The notes under the pieces: generated by a model | The model's input: the letters and a program-made list of their open reading frames with translations, nothing else | Told to the model about the DNA's origin: nothing | Databases searched by the model: none | Translations under genes and position numbers: made by a program | Assembly: GCF_964355755.1 (NCBI RefSeq) | Contig: NC_092676.1 | Location: forward strand, 1,927,788 to 1,991,787 | Source of the DNA: Antedon mediterranea | Taxonomy: Eukaryota; Animalia; Echinodermata | Reading direction: 5' to 3' | Length of the DNA stretch: 64,000 bases | In this document: positions 1 to 15,000 of the stretch, in pieces | Layout of the letters: each line of letters opens with the position of its first letter | Numbering within the stretch: the first letter of the stretch is position 1

Positions 1-36
1 TGATATAATATTGTGCTGTTTATTTTGTTGTTTTAG

Positions 37-3000
37 GAATGCTTGTACAAATTGTGGTTGTATGCGGGAAGACCACGATTTAATACATGATAACCTAGTG
101 ACAGTGTGTGAAAGGTTAGGCCTAGAACTCAAAGATCACAATGAAACAGAACGAACAAAAGAGGGAGCTATATCACTTGGATATTCATGGACACCAGTCG
201 GTCTTTCAGCTTCAAAGGTTTCGATATTTTATTCAATTATATGATAATAAAAATAGTTCATTCTTATATAGCGCATATAAGCAAGCTGTCAATGCGCTGT
301 AGATCATAGTAAATAATGATGCGTAGATCATAATCATAATAATTTGTTCTTGATTTTATGCATTATCCTTTGTGCTTTACATAAATAAAAAATAATAAAA
401 ATTAATCAAACTGTAAAAGAATTCATCAATAAAACTTGCTTGAACAATAAAGGCTAAGTTCACCCAAATTTCAATCCCTGGAACTATACTAGTCATATAT
501 ATAAGAGTAGATATATTTCAAGGATCATTAATAGTTTACTGCAATATCTTTTTTTTTTCTCTTATTTCAGGTAGAAGAATTTATGAACTCGCTACCTAGT
601 CCTATTATACCAAAGTTACACTCAGCCGGAGAAAAATACCGAGATCGTCAACTCATTTTACAGATACCAAAGCAGGACTTAGCGCCCGAATACTGTCGTC
701 ATTTGAACGACTCTGTTGCCAGAGAGAATTTTTATCAGTTTTTGGATATCAGAGATGAGACAGCGTTTGGATTAGGACAAGTTGAAGATTATCTTACAGA
801 TGACAAGGTTTGTATATTACAAAGGGATTAACAATATTTGATATTGTCATTTTAATACCAAATATGGTATCCATATAAGTTCAGTGTTTTTTTAATTTAG
901 AAATAAATTTTGGACAATTAAATCAAGGTTTTAGAGTGGGTTTTAAATAGTAGACTACTTAACTGTGGGTTGAGCTTATACCAAAAGGTAGACGAATATG
1001 CTGGGCTGGGCTTATACCAAAAGGTGGAAAGGCTTCTAAGTTACTATTAATAAACTCTCATGATTGTTTACAGCCTTGTTCTAGATGTGGTAAAGATGTG
1101 GAAGCAGGTGAGATTGGGTTGTATGTTGATGGGAAGCAGGAGGAGGAGTGTTGGCATCCGGCCTGCTTCACCTGTACAACCTGTGAAGAGATTCTAGTTG
1201 ATCTCGCTCACTTTGTGAAGGATTCACAAATATACTGTGAACGCCATTATGCTGAGCTAATAATGCCACGATGTGCTGGCTGTGATGAGGTAAATATTAT
1301 TATTTATTCTTTATACTGGGTAGCCTCTTCAGTCAAAGACTGTTCTCCTAGAGGGCCCAGTGTATATACATATATATGAGTGGCTGTGTGTGAACTAGTA
1401 CACTAGGACAACCCCCTACTCATTTTGAAAGATGTACTAGATTCTTTAAAGTCCACATGAGCCAGATGTACACTGGACCTACGGTTTATAGTCCTTATCC
1501 GAGAAAATATAAACTACAGTCAACTCTCCCAATACCGGACATCTTTGGGCTGCCTGGCCTATTATGTCTGGTTTTCTAGAAAGTCTGGTGTGTTTTTAAT
1601 TATAAAAATGAATTTTGGACCTTTTAGATCTCAAGAAAAGTCCAGTATTAGGAGTGTTGACTGAAAACAAAAGTTTCCTTCTTTGTAATGTTCTTTAATA
1701 ATAAAAAAAGTGGGTCATATATTTGAGGTCAATGACCCAAAACAAACACTTCTTTATTGTCTGTGTTGGCAATGATTCCAGGTAAACCACATCCGTTTTA
1801 GCCTATGAGTGTGGGTGTATTGGCACCCCAAGGGCTAGCAGGAATCATTACTCTACCAGATGACCTACACAGTGGTCTCAGTATATACATGGATTTGAGC
1901 CTAGAATTGAAATACCAATATATGCATTTTTTAGCCATATAAATGATATTTATCTAAATAGAAAATATAATTTATTTACTCCTTCCATACAATAAAAACC
2001 GTTAAATAAAACCTTCGAAAAGATAAAGAAAATTAAACACTTAATAGTAATACGAATAAAACTAAACATAACATGATATAAAGTGTTTTGTTGAGTAGCC
2101 TTAAATTATTATTGAAATTGTTTGTGAACTTCATTTGGTATTGCAGATTATTCTATCTTTTTTATTTGAATCACATCAATTGTCCTTAGATTATGATTGA
2201 CATTATATTACAAATGTATAATTCAAGTTCTCTTTTCTAATACATTCTGTATTCCATTTATGGTAGCGAAAACATTATTGAATTTATACTGTATACAGAG
2301 ATCCCAGTGTGGAGGCACTGCCGTGGGCCTGTAGTGTCATTTATGTCACAGAAATTGTGATTATTGAATGTCCATGACCTTATCAGACTAGTCTATCCTA
2401 GCATGCAACCGATATTCCATACACATCATTTATTTAGTTGATTTAATCAAATATATAGTAACAAATGATGCTCCTATAAATGTACATTTACATTTACTCT
2501 CATTTTTAGGCTGATTCCAGAAGGGCCAACCCAGCCCAGCCCCCACAATTCTGAATGTCTAATACAAAGCAACATATTTCTCCATGGTAACATTAATTTA
2601 AGTTTAGTTCAACACTTAGTTTTACAACTTTTAGGCCCTGGATCTACCACTGATCATAATTGACTTTCTGCCAATTATTTTGGTTAGTTAAAGATCTGTC
2701 TACACTATCAGACTTTATGTGACAAAAAAATGTGATGTGCCCATATATGGACATGATGATGTCATACCACTACCATATTTTTTGTCAAACTAGTTTGATA
2801 GTGTAGACAAAGCTTTCGAAACACTTTGTGTAAACAACATATCAAAGCATTCTAATGACAACTTGAAATTTGTTAATTTCACATGTCATATTCTGTCATT
2901 CAATTGAAAAGCTATATACTGCCCTCAATTTCGAAGACTTTCAATGATACATCCCAAATATGGAATTTATTTAAAGACAGCTCCATTTTTTGTGGGGAAT

Positions 3001-6000
3001 TAATTGTCTACACATGACTAAATCCATAAATAATATGATAAATTAAGCTATTACAGGTAATGCTCTTAGTACACTCCTCATAGAAATGATTTACTTGTCT
3101 GATATGAAGGAGTTGGATAATACATTAATGTAAGTGGGCGCAAGTGGTTGCTTCCAGTTTCATATTACTATTAAGTGATGCTTACTTGTGGTGGTGCTGG
3201 TATATTGTCATTTATGCTGTATCCATTGACAACCCTAGGCAGCTAGACAATTTACATTTTTAGCATCAGGACTTGTTATTAATATCACAGGTATGTTAGT
3301 ATAGTATTTTGTGAAGTTTTCGGAATTTAAGATGGGTTTCAACAATATTTATAAGACTCGGTTAGGTGGTCTTTCCATTCAGTATGGTTTGTTTGTGAAA
3401 AAAATAATGCTCAAATCCTGCTTAGTTTATTTAAATAACGATGGGTTTGGTATGGGTTGAATAGAAGAAAAATGTAGCATAAACTCTGTCTACACTATCA
3501 AATTTTTTTAATGTAAAACAAAATGTGATGTGCCCATATATGGACATGGTGATGTCATATCACTACCTAATTTGGGTATATCACTACCATATTTGGGTAC
3601 ATCACACATTTTTTGTTTTTAGTTTGACAGTGTAGATAGAGCTTGATAAATGGAGAAGAAGTTTATTGTATGCAAGCCAAAAAGTATATACCATCAGATA
3701 GAAGCCAGATGAAATTATTACTGGATACTGTAAAGTCATATACAGTTTATTAATATTAACATTATGTAGGCCTAATGCATATCTAGTATATATAAATACA
3801 TAGAGATATACAGAGTCTATTTGACAGTTTGCTGTTTGTAAATCATTTTTATTAATATATTAATTGCTCTTCCTCCTCCACAATGAATTACATAATTTTG
3901 ACATTGCCCCAGTTTGAGAGAATCTAGATATAAGAAACATTCAATGTTATGTTAAATAACTAGATGTGATGATGATGAGAGTGTCTTGTTGTAAACAGCA
4001 TTTACCTCTAATCTTGGCAGATTCATAACAAAGTTTTTCTTATTTCAACAAATAAGTCTCGATGGAACTAGACCTTTTTAAAAACAAATCAGCAAGAAAC
4101 GGACAGTTACATCATACTTGTAAAGTTTTGCATTTAAGACTTGGAATGAAGAAAAAGTTGCGAGTTATAACCTCGACACTCTGTCAGGATCGAACCCTTG
4201 GGATTGGAAGGCAGGCATGTTAACCACCAAGTTACAGAGAGGGAAAATTCAAGTTACAGTGAGGGAAAATTTAAAATGAAATTAGTCAAATATTGATTTT
4301 TCTGAAATTTAGAGAGGGGACCACCTATGAGCCGGTCACAACTCTCATAATCAGATTTTTTAAATTAGCGTGGACTCTGGCAAAAATAAAGTAAGAATAG
4401 ATTTTCATCAATAATGAATCTAATTTGATATAACTATCTGGCAATGTTGATGTGGGTGACAGCAAGTACAGTTGTATATTCTGTTGTGTGATATGTCAAC
4501 TTGATAGCCTTTCGGATTATTAAATCTAAAAACAGAACACACAACAATAAATTATACTACAAATGTCATGAGAGTAAATAACAGAAATATGACACTGTAG
4601 AAACAGTAATTGAAAGTTTATCCAAAATTCAAATTAACTTTAAAATGATTTGTGTTTAAAGTTTCTTAGCTTTGCCTGTTGTGAGTTAACTCAAAATAAG
4701 CTATTTAAAGCGCTCATATGTCTGATCTCCACTCAAACACACTCTCCTAATTAAATTAAATGAAAGTATAGGCGGAAAGGCCCAAATGTAGAATAATATG
4801 CATTTAAACACATGTTTGTGAAGTTTATTGAACAGCCCTCAACTGGCTCTAGTCAAATTTGATCTACCTATGATTTTGTATTAAAATATTAATAAATTAA
4901 ACTGGTATTTCATTTTATACCAGTATTTCATTTTCAATTAAAATAATTTTCAACAATTTGGAGGAAATTTAAAATTTAACCACATCAAAAAGTGGCGTGC
5001 CGAAGCTGTCATTTATTCAAGCAATAGAGATATCTTAGTTTTAAATAAAGATATCTGAGTTTTAAATAGAGATATCTTAGTTTTAAATTGAGATACGTAT
5101 CTTAGTTTTTAAATAGAGATATCTCTATTAATAGAGATATCTTAGTTATAGTAAAGCTATTAATAAAGATACCTTTATTTCCAAATAAATGGAAGGATCC
5201 AAGTAAGTGTTCAATATTTGAGCTTTAGAAAACAAAACAAGTGTCCTATATTGGACACAAATGCTGCATAAACTTGAAATGGAACACGGCCAGTAAATGC
5301 ATTGTAGAGATTGCCATAAAAGAAGCTAGCAAGGTAGCCTAGGAATTAGTGAGATTCCATAGACTTTACACATCAATGAAACAAGCATCTAGTCTCAATG
5401 ATATTTGGATAGACTGCTTAGAAATCACAAATCTGTAGGCCTACTGAATGAACTTGAAATGTCAATGATATGTATGACCCCTTAGAGGACGACTTGCGTT
5501 TGATAATTTACTATCTGCATGCTGCTCAAATGTTGGCTTTATTAAAAATAGAAGCAAAAAAAGAATTTCTTAATTCTATGCTTGAGTATAAACCACCCTA
5601 AATTTAGTCTAAATTCAGACACAAGACTTTTAATATTCTAATTAATTGTTAAAGTGTGATCAGGACATAATTCCACGCTCCCCTAATTAAGTCTAATTCG
5701 TAACTATGTTCCCTGGATCTACACTCAGTCATATATGGTATAATTTAGATATTATTGAAAATGCATATGATGTGCCATAAACATAAATCTACAATCTTAT
5801 TAAATATTTAAACATTTGGTAACATTAACAATATATTAACTTTTAATTATGTATTCAATTTATCAATTAACCCAGCATATGGTGGTATAATTATGAAATA
5901 AATGAAAAATATGTAATCGTTAAACCATGGTTTGTTTAGTACTAGTAATACTTAAGCCTATTGCAGGTTTTCAAATTTATTAATAATTTAAAAGTTCAGA

Positions 6001-9000
6001 TTATCCCAGTTGGCTAGTGATCTTATCAATGTCTCGTGAAGAGTTGGAAATGACAATTTGATCACTATTAATATGATTTGAACATCCTTGGCATTCTTGC
6101 AGCATAGTTTGTGGTACAGCAGACATTTGCTTTAGGACGAAAATGTTATGATGAAGGTACAATAGTATTTTGTTGAAGCCTCATTTTTAATTGACAAATT
6201 TATACACAGTAGGTAAGAGTATGTTGGGCCTAACATCATCGTTATTTACCAATTATCAGTAGTGGTATAATAGAGATTTACTCTAGGACAAAAAAGTTAT
6301 GATGAAGTGAAGGTACAATTGTATTTTGTTAAGCCTCATTTAATTGACAAATTGAATTTCTAAACAGTAGGTAAGGTATTCTAGGCCTGTTAGGAAAACT
6401 AACATCATAGTTAGTTAGCAACCATTCCTGCTTTGTACCCCATAGCTTTTGGAGGCGTGCCTTTTATATTACTATGCCTTTTGTTTGTTAACATCTTTGA
6501 TTGGCTGATTTGTTTTATTATGTAATTTTGTGACTTATATATGTTATCCTTTGTTACAATTCTTTTCACCTGATGATGGGCTATGCCCGAAACATGTCGT
6601 TAAAATAAATCTATATTGAGGCAGTTTTAACTTATTTGATCTTGATTTTTTTCTATATCCTGCCTATGCAGCTCTTTGATTAACATCATAGTTAGATACC
6701 AATCATCTACCAATGGGTACAAAGTATAACAGAGGGTTGAAAACTGTTCAAAAGTACTGCTTTTAAATAGTATGTAAAGCGAATTCAGGGGTGGGGGGAG
6801 TGGAGGGCCCCCACCAAATTTCACAAATTTTAATGCAAAAGATAGGACATTAAGTTCAGCAGTTCATTTCACTTGTTTTAGGGCCCCCCCCCCCCCCTTT
6901 ATTTCAAAATCCTGGATCTGCCACTGGTATGTTTTAATGTATAGACAGCTGGCATGATATCAGTTTATAAACTGCATAATGTAGTTTATGTGTGGGGGCT
7001 GTGAAAATGTCACTTAATAGTTCAACTCCGTGTAAACTTTGAAAGGCATGGTTGCCAGGTTACTCGTTGGTTTTTAACCTTTTAGAAGCAGACATTAAAG
7101 CATGGATATGTTTTATGCTATAACTCGTTTTCAATATTATAATCGTCTATGTTAAAAAATTAAGTACCCTTTTTTGATTTTCTTTAATTTGTTTATACAT
7201 TTATTTATAAACCATCATTTGAATGAAAACAAACAAATCAATTACTAATTTACAGGTATTTTTCTATGAGTCTACAATGACATCAAACAATTTGTTTTTG
7301 CGTTAATCTGTGATCCGTCAGGTAACTTGTTAACCCATGCAACTAAAATGTACAATTGCATATTTTATGCCCGTTGCAATTTAACAATGCCATCATACTC
7401 ATGTTTAACTTTTGCCTATTCACGTACATGGAGTAGCAGCCTAGGCTGTCACAGCTATTTGAACTCCATACAGTTTTTTTTACCAGGCACGTTAAATTCA
7501 GCCTAATCGTGTGTAGAATAGGGAAGGAGTTTATTTATTTATTTAAAACCTGAACAAAATGGCAAAAGACAAAAATGCCATTGTTTAAAAATTTGACACG
7601 GTTTTCATTTCTGACAGTTTCTGTAATGTCATAATCAAGATTTTGGAAATTTTTATTTATTTCACCATATTTCAAGAGTGACCCAGTGAGTGTGAGCTGA
7701 TTTTAAAAGGCCTTCAACAAGACAAACAACAAATAATTAAAAAGTTAAGATACAGGTATAGTTATATACAATTAAAACTCAAAAAGCAATAAAAATATTT
7801 TTTTAAAGATTAAAATATAAAAACAAAAAGAAAGAAAACATTTCTTAAGTTTAGTTTTAAACTTCAAAACAGTACTAGAGTTTCCAAAAAAAAACATCAA
7901 GCTAGTTTATTTTTTGGCTCCTTTAAATTAAATGTAAGTAAAAGTAATTAACCAATTAATTTAAAGTCGAGTGCAAATATATTTTTTCAAAATAGAATAT
8001 AAATAAATGTCCCTTTAACAGCATTGCTCCACAAATGAATACTGATGAATGCATCTTCTAATTAATAGGCCTATTAATTAGTGTATCCTACCAATTAGAT
8101 TAATCTTGAATCAGTACCTGGTATACGTTTTAAAATTGCATTACATAAACAGCCTGAAGACATTTGTCATTTTTGACGGAGTAAATATTCTCAATTAAGA
8201 ACGTTATTGCGTATAGAGCAGCCTTGAAATGAATGTCTTTTCCTGTTCTGGTATAAACTACCTGTACTATTACCTATTGTTGATCAAATATATTTTGAAG
8301 TGGAATTAATTGAAGCTTATGTAATTCTTATTTTCCTGTCCAAAGTCATTGCCAAATCTTTCCCATGGATTTCAAATGCTTCTTGCCACTTGCCATAATT
8401 ATTTACCTGAAATTTTTGTAGTTGAATTTAAATGTTTATTTTGTCTTTTTACAAGTGAAAACATTAATTTTTCAGGTTAACTTTAATAAAACTACAAAAT
8501 TGCCTATTCAAAGTTTGGTTTTAATAATCTTCATTTTTTATGTTTTTGGGAGATAATACATATAAAACATTCGAGAAACCTTACGATTTTTTATATTTCT
8601 TCTATAGCCAACAAAACAGAAATATCGTTGAACTTGTACAGCCAAACCCTAGTTTTTTTAACAGGCAAATCCCACACTAAAAACCACTCAAGATGCTAAT
8701 CTATGCACTTCAGCCCAATCAGTTGTTTTCTCTACAACAATTAGAAATTTAATGGTCCATATAAATTGTGATATACTTCCTGACAGGGTTTGCGTTCTTC
8801 CTTTATTATTGTCAATATTATTATGGAGGCTGAGATCAAAGAAGTCAATGGTATTATATAGGCTGACATCAAAGATGAGAGATAGGTAGGTTGGTAATAA
8901 AACAGCCTGTCGAGTTGAAGTCGTTGTAGTGTTGGATTCTCTGCTAAACAATGTAGTATTTTGTGGTTGTGATGATGATTATAATTTAAATCTGAATTAA

Positions 9001-12000
9001 AATCATGCGGTAAACTTTCATAGTGACTTTTGACTTGTAAAAATCGATAGGGCATTGTAGATGAAGGTTAAATTGTTTGGTTGGGCAAGCCTTGTTTTCA
9101 ATGGAGAAGAGGCAATTAAAAATAAAATACATTTACAAGTATTGCTTCAAAATTTGGTTAATTTTCATTGCAGAAAAGAAAAAACTTTGTGAAAAAAACG
9201 ATAAGAAAGATTTTACTGTCCGAGTTTGAATATCAAAATATTATCTGAGAATGGCAAGAATGTAGTAGATAACTTATCTATGTTGAATGTTGATGATTGA
9301 AGAAGTTATTATACATTAATAGTCAAATATTAATTTATATCTCCAGATTAGTGGATTAAAATGTCATTGTATTACATTATTATTTGTTTGATCCAAAAAA
9401 TGACCGGGGTAATAATGTGCAGTGCATTGAGAGATTGTAAATATGCGCTATATAAGAATGAACTAAATATTATTATTATTGGTTCTCCTGGCTTTTGGTA
9501 CGAGAAATATTAAATTTACAAATTCTTTTTTGTATGTATCTATATTTGTATATGTCAAATTTCTAATATTGTAGTTTTGTATATATATATTAATATATAT
9601 AATATTCAAAGTTCAGCAGATGTTGTTATATACAGACATATTATAGAAACCTGTTATTTACATTTGAAGTAATTAGTATAATACTCTTATATGTTTATGT
9701 CAGTGATTGTCAGCACATCAATATTTGATGCTGGAGTCCGATGTTCTTTGAGATGAAAGCTTTTCAATCCCCTTTATCCACGCTGGCGGCAAAGTTTTGG
9801 GATAATATTAAATAATAATCATATAACTATATCATATTTATGAAATTTAGAGAAAACATATTAGATAAGGAAAAAATTTTTTATTATTATATGAAGGTTT
9901 TGTTTTTTTGGAGTTCTTAATTTTGTAATATTATTTATATTTTTTTATTTTATTTTGAGGAGCCTATTCACTACAAACTATGTTTTTAAGGCTCCTCTAC
10001 TTTATATATGTTATTAGTAAAGTGAAATGAAATAAAAAAGTTGCTGTATATTCCTAATATGTAAAGCTTTGTCTACACTATCAAACTAGTTTGACAAAAT
10101 AAGTGTGATATGCCTAAATATGGTAGTGATATGTTTAAATATGGTAGTGATATGACATCATCATGTCCATATATGGGCACATCACATTTTTTTGTCACAT
10201 AAAGTTTGATAGTGTAGACAGAGCTTTAGTTCCAACTTCGACTTTATCAAATTTAACATATTCTTATTATGAAAGGTAATAAGGTATCTTGTCAAAATTA
10301 TTCTACTGAAGTTACTGTGTATTACTATATTACTGCAATAATGGTTCACATAGAATTTTATGAGGCAGTCACTGCAATAGAAAGTGTCTGTACAAAAAAA
10401 AGATTTTCAAAATTACATAAACAGCTTAATGAGTAAAGAATGTAATTACTGCAGTAACTGCAGTGGAATAATTTTGACATGGTCTATAGTCATGCATCTT
10501 TACACGTATTCATTGTTTCTTTTGGTTGTGAACTTTACCTAAAGTTGTAAAAATGAAGTGTGGTCATAGTTATTTATTTATTTAAGCAGGATACAACACT
10601 TATCTTGTTTCAAACACTGTTGAAATATCTACTATTAAATTTGTCAATATTTGCTTGACCGCTTCGTGTCTAGGAATGACCTTTTTGAGTTTTATTTACT
10701 AATTGAAGTGAGCAATTGTCCATTTGAGGGTGTATTAACCTTTCTGTTATTATACATTACTGGATACCATAAGCATGACCCTTTAGTAAACTTACAGTAA
10801 AGCTATGTCTACACTATAAACCTTTATGTGACCAAAAAAAAAATGTGATGTGCCCATATATGACCATGATGATGTCATATCACTACCATATTTAGGAATA
10901 TCACTACCATATTTGGGCACATCACCCTTTTTTGTCAAACTAGTTTGATAGTGTAGACAGAGCTTTAGTAAAGTATAATGCAGGTTTGTGACTGAAATGG
11001 CAGATTTACTGTCAACTAAGCTCACTCTGCAGACAGATGAATTCTACTGTAATATTAAACACCCTTGGTCTGTCTACTACAATTAGCAAAACTTGATTAC
11101 GGTAATAACAACAATATATCCTTTAAAGTGCATACATTTCGTCAGGCAAGTGATCTGGAGGTTGTGGGTTCGAATCCCACCCGTAAATTACTTGAACATT
11201 TTTTCTCAAGTATTCTGAATGTACTTAGTAATAGTATAAAGTACAAATTACGTCAGAGTAGGGCAAAACATTTGAAAAATTATATACATTTTCTCAAATT
11301 TAATAAAAATGAAGCCCATTGCGTTGTGTATTGTGTACACAGCAAGCAAAGCTACATAACAAAGCATGTTTAAAGCTCTGTCTACACTATCAAACTTTAT
11401 GTGACAAAAATATGTGATATACCCATATATCAACATGATGATGTCATATCACTACCATATTTGGGCACATAACACTTTTTGGATAGTGTAGACAGAGCTT
11501 TAGATTGCCTTCAAACTAATAAACATTTTTATTGCAGTTCTCAATCAAAGTTCATTTCTTGTAGTAGTTTGTGACTAGACACCTGAAACTAGTATGATGT
11601 TTCCAACATACTATGTCTTACCATGTTATATCCTGGTTTACTTGTGATACAAAACTCCCAAATTGAAAGAAGATCTAACACCTACTGTGCAATATGCTTC
11701 TTACAATGTTGTTGTTTGTAACCATACACAGTTGGTTGGGTTCCATCTAGGATGTGGGATACGTCATCATTTTGAGTAATATTTCTAGACAACTTTCACA
11801 AGGTTACTGACTTGATATTCTGTGGTTTCTATCAATAAAAACCATTTGTTTTCTTAAATTAATTTCAATTTTCTTGTTAATTTTCAGTTAAATTTTTCTC
11901 AATTTAACAGGTTACCTTTATATAAAGAGGATAAATAAATGAAACTGGGCTTACGTTGTTTAATAATTTATCAAAATAGGTTGTAGAATGGAAAGTAATT

Positions 12001-15000
12001 GAAATATCTTCCAGATAGTATGTCCAAATAATCATTTTACTTTTACTTTTTATGAAGATGCAAAGATGTGTATTTAGAAAATATTATTTAGAAAACAATT
12101 GGATATTGTTTGTGTATTAGCGCAATATACTGAAAACATAATTAGGTACAGTTAGATATTTATTTTACAATCAAATGCGTAGACAGATTAAATGGTATAC
12201 ATACATTCAACTTTCTCAGTACCCTTGGGCTGGGCTAATAAGTATGTCTGTTTTCTGTAAAGTCTTATAATCAGATTCAGAATGTGTTTTTAATGATAAC
12301 AAATGAATTTGGGATCTTTTTTTTTTACCTCAAGAAAAGTTTTATTTTGGGAAAGTTTCTGGTTTTTAGAGAGTCTGATATTTGGGGAGTTCACTGCACA
12401 AGTAAATTTTAATAATCTGTCTCGAAAATAAATTATTAAAAAAAATCAAAGCAAAACAATTTTTTTGACCACAAATAGTGTATGATTTGTATATATTATA
12501 ATACGTGCAGTTGTACATTGTTGTCACTTGAAAAAGTGCAAAACAATTGGGGAAAAAAATATATTTTATTTTGTCTTTCAATTTATTTTGTTTGTTTGAC
12601 CACAAATGGTGTATGATTTCAAAATGATTTGTTAGAATTGTCTATAATAGTGTAGTTGTACATTGTTGTCACTAGGTCTGTCATAACCAATGACTGAACG
12701 TTGTTGACCCATAATGTTTGTTGTTATAAGGCCACACATGACTATATATACAGACATCCTGATAATACAGTCAACAAACATTCATTCATCATTTCTTATT
12801 CATCATTGCTAGCTGAAAGGATATTAAAGCTTCACATTATATAAAGAACGTTGGAAATATAATTTTATAGATTGGTATGTTGTGTTTATAATTGTTATGG
12901 TAAATCAATAATTGTTGATAAATTACTGTGATCTCAGTACATTTGCATTGCAGGGAAGACTGACGACCACTCTACAGTATATATCTTTCTTTTTTATAGT
13001 GTTATTTAAAGCTTTTTATCTTTATAGTATCATACGGCATCATTCAACAAGATTTCAAACAGATTGCCCTGACGAAGGAATAACGTTTTCCCGAAAGCTT
13101 GTCTATTTTTTTCTGGCTGTTTTACTTTATCATTTTGATTAGATTTTTGCTTTTTTTTCCCCAGAGATGCAGCTACTGATACCAATAGCATTGTCATTTT
13201 TTCAGTTGATTTTAAATGAATGTTAAATTTTATTGTTTCATTTTAACATTTTTTGAGTAATAGCATATTCTTAAGATATTTTTATTTAGTAAAATGTCTG
13301 TATATGTCTGTATATTGCATGTCACTACAAAATTCTTAAATATTAACATTTTATCTTTCGTTTACAGTTGATCTTTTCAGGAGAATACATCCGAGCGATG
13401 AACGAAAACTATCACAGCGGTCATTTCTGTTGTCACAATTGTGACAAGACGTTGAGCGGTCATCGTTACATTTTGAGAGAGGAAAATCCATATTGTATTG
13501 GGTGTTACGAAGATGTGTTTGCCAATATCTGTGATGAGTGTGGAGACAAAATTGGAACCGACTCAAAGGTAGGTAGTTCTCTCTACACTATCAAACTTTA
13601 TGTGACAAAAAAAAATGTGATGTGCACATATATAGACATGATGATGTCATATCACTACCATATTTGGGTATATCACTACCATATATATATATAAATCCAA
13701 AGGCAAATTACTGAAAAAAATGACAATGCTGTGGGTATATATAGAAGTGGTTAAGTGAAAAACTTAGGTTTATCAGACCAGTAAAGGTTGTGATTTTTCT
13801 TATTGTTTTATTGTTAAGTCATGATATACTATGTTGTAAATATTGCACAGCGAACTCCAAAATAAAATTGCAGTTTGATTTATAACATTTTCTGATCTTT
13901 ACTGAAATCTTGAAATGCATGAACTCATATCTCAAGTAGATACTCCACTCCAAAATGTCACATAACATTAAGGTGTGAACTGATAAAACTGATGACTCAA
14001 TGGTCTTAAAATAGAGCCTGCTTCAAGTATTTTCATTCAAGACAAGAATGTTTGTTTCCCTAATGCCAAAATTCTAATTGACAGCTAGATGCCTGGAATT
14101 TCTTGAGTGTTTTCCATGTTTTGAGGTGTTTAGTTACCACATGTTAATACCATTCATTAGTCATATTGGTTTCATCATAAAGTTCACATTGTGTCAATAA
14201 TGAACATGTATATTAATTATTAAATTAAATTTTTTTTTCTAATTAAAGACTAATTAGTTAATTTATTGTTTTTCATATCAGTAGAATTACTGCATTCATT
14301 TATTTCAGGATCTATCTTGCATGGATTGTGTTCTATTATTAATTTGTGTAGAATTACCCAGTGGGCAAAAATTGGTTGAATTAACGTTAATTCAACGTTA
14401 TCTGCAAACGTTGAAATAACGTTGAAAAAGTGGTTGAAAATGAAAGTTTGCCTCAACGTAAATGTCAACGTTGAATCAACATAGAAATTATCAACGTTGA
14501 AACAACGTTAAAATAAGTAACGTTGAAATAACGTTGAAAAGATGGTTGAAAATGAAAGTTTGCCTCAACGTAAATGTCAACGTTGAATCAACATAGAAAT
14601 TATCAACGTTGAAACAACGTTAAAATAAGTAACGTTGAAATAACGTTGAAAAAATGGTTGAAAATGAAAGTTTGCCTCAACTTAAATGTCAACGTTGAAT
14701 CAACATAGAAATTATCAACGTTGAAACAACGTTAAAACAGGTAACGTTGAAATAACGTTGAAAAAATGGTTGAAAATGAAAGTTTGCCTCAACGTAAATG
14801 TCAACGTTGAATCAACATAGAAATTATCAACGTTGAAACAACGTTAAAATAGGTAACGTTGAAATAACGTTGAAAAAATGGTTGAAAATGAAAGTTTGCC
14901 TCAACGTAAATGTCAACGTTGAATCAACATAGAAATTATCAACGTTGAAACAACGGTAAAATAAGTAACGTTGAAATAACGTTGAAAAAATGGTTGAAAA

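Noticed and set aside
8688-9055. Two overlapping minus-strand ORFs in intron 3
   Set aside because: Non-ATG or motif-free, no splice support, no recognisable domain.
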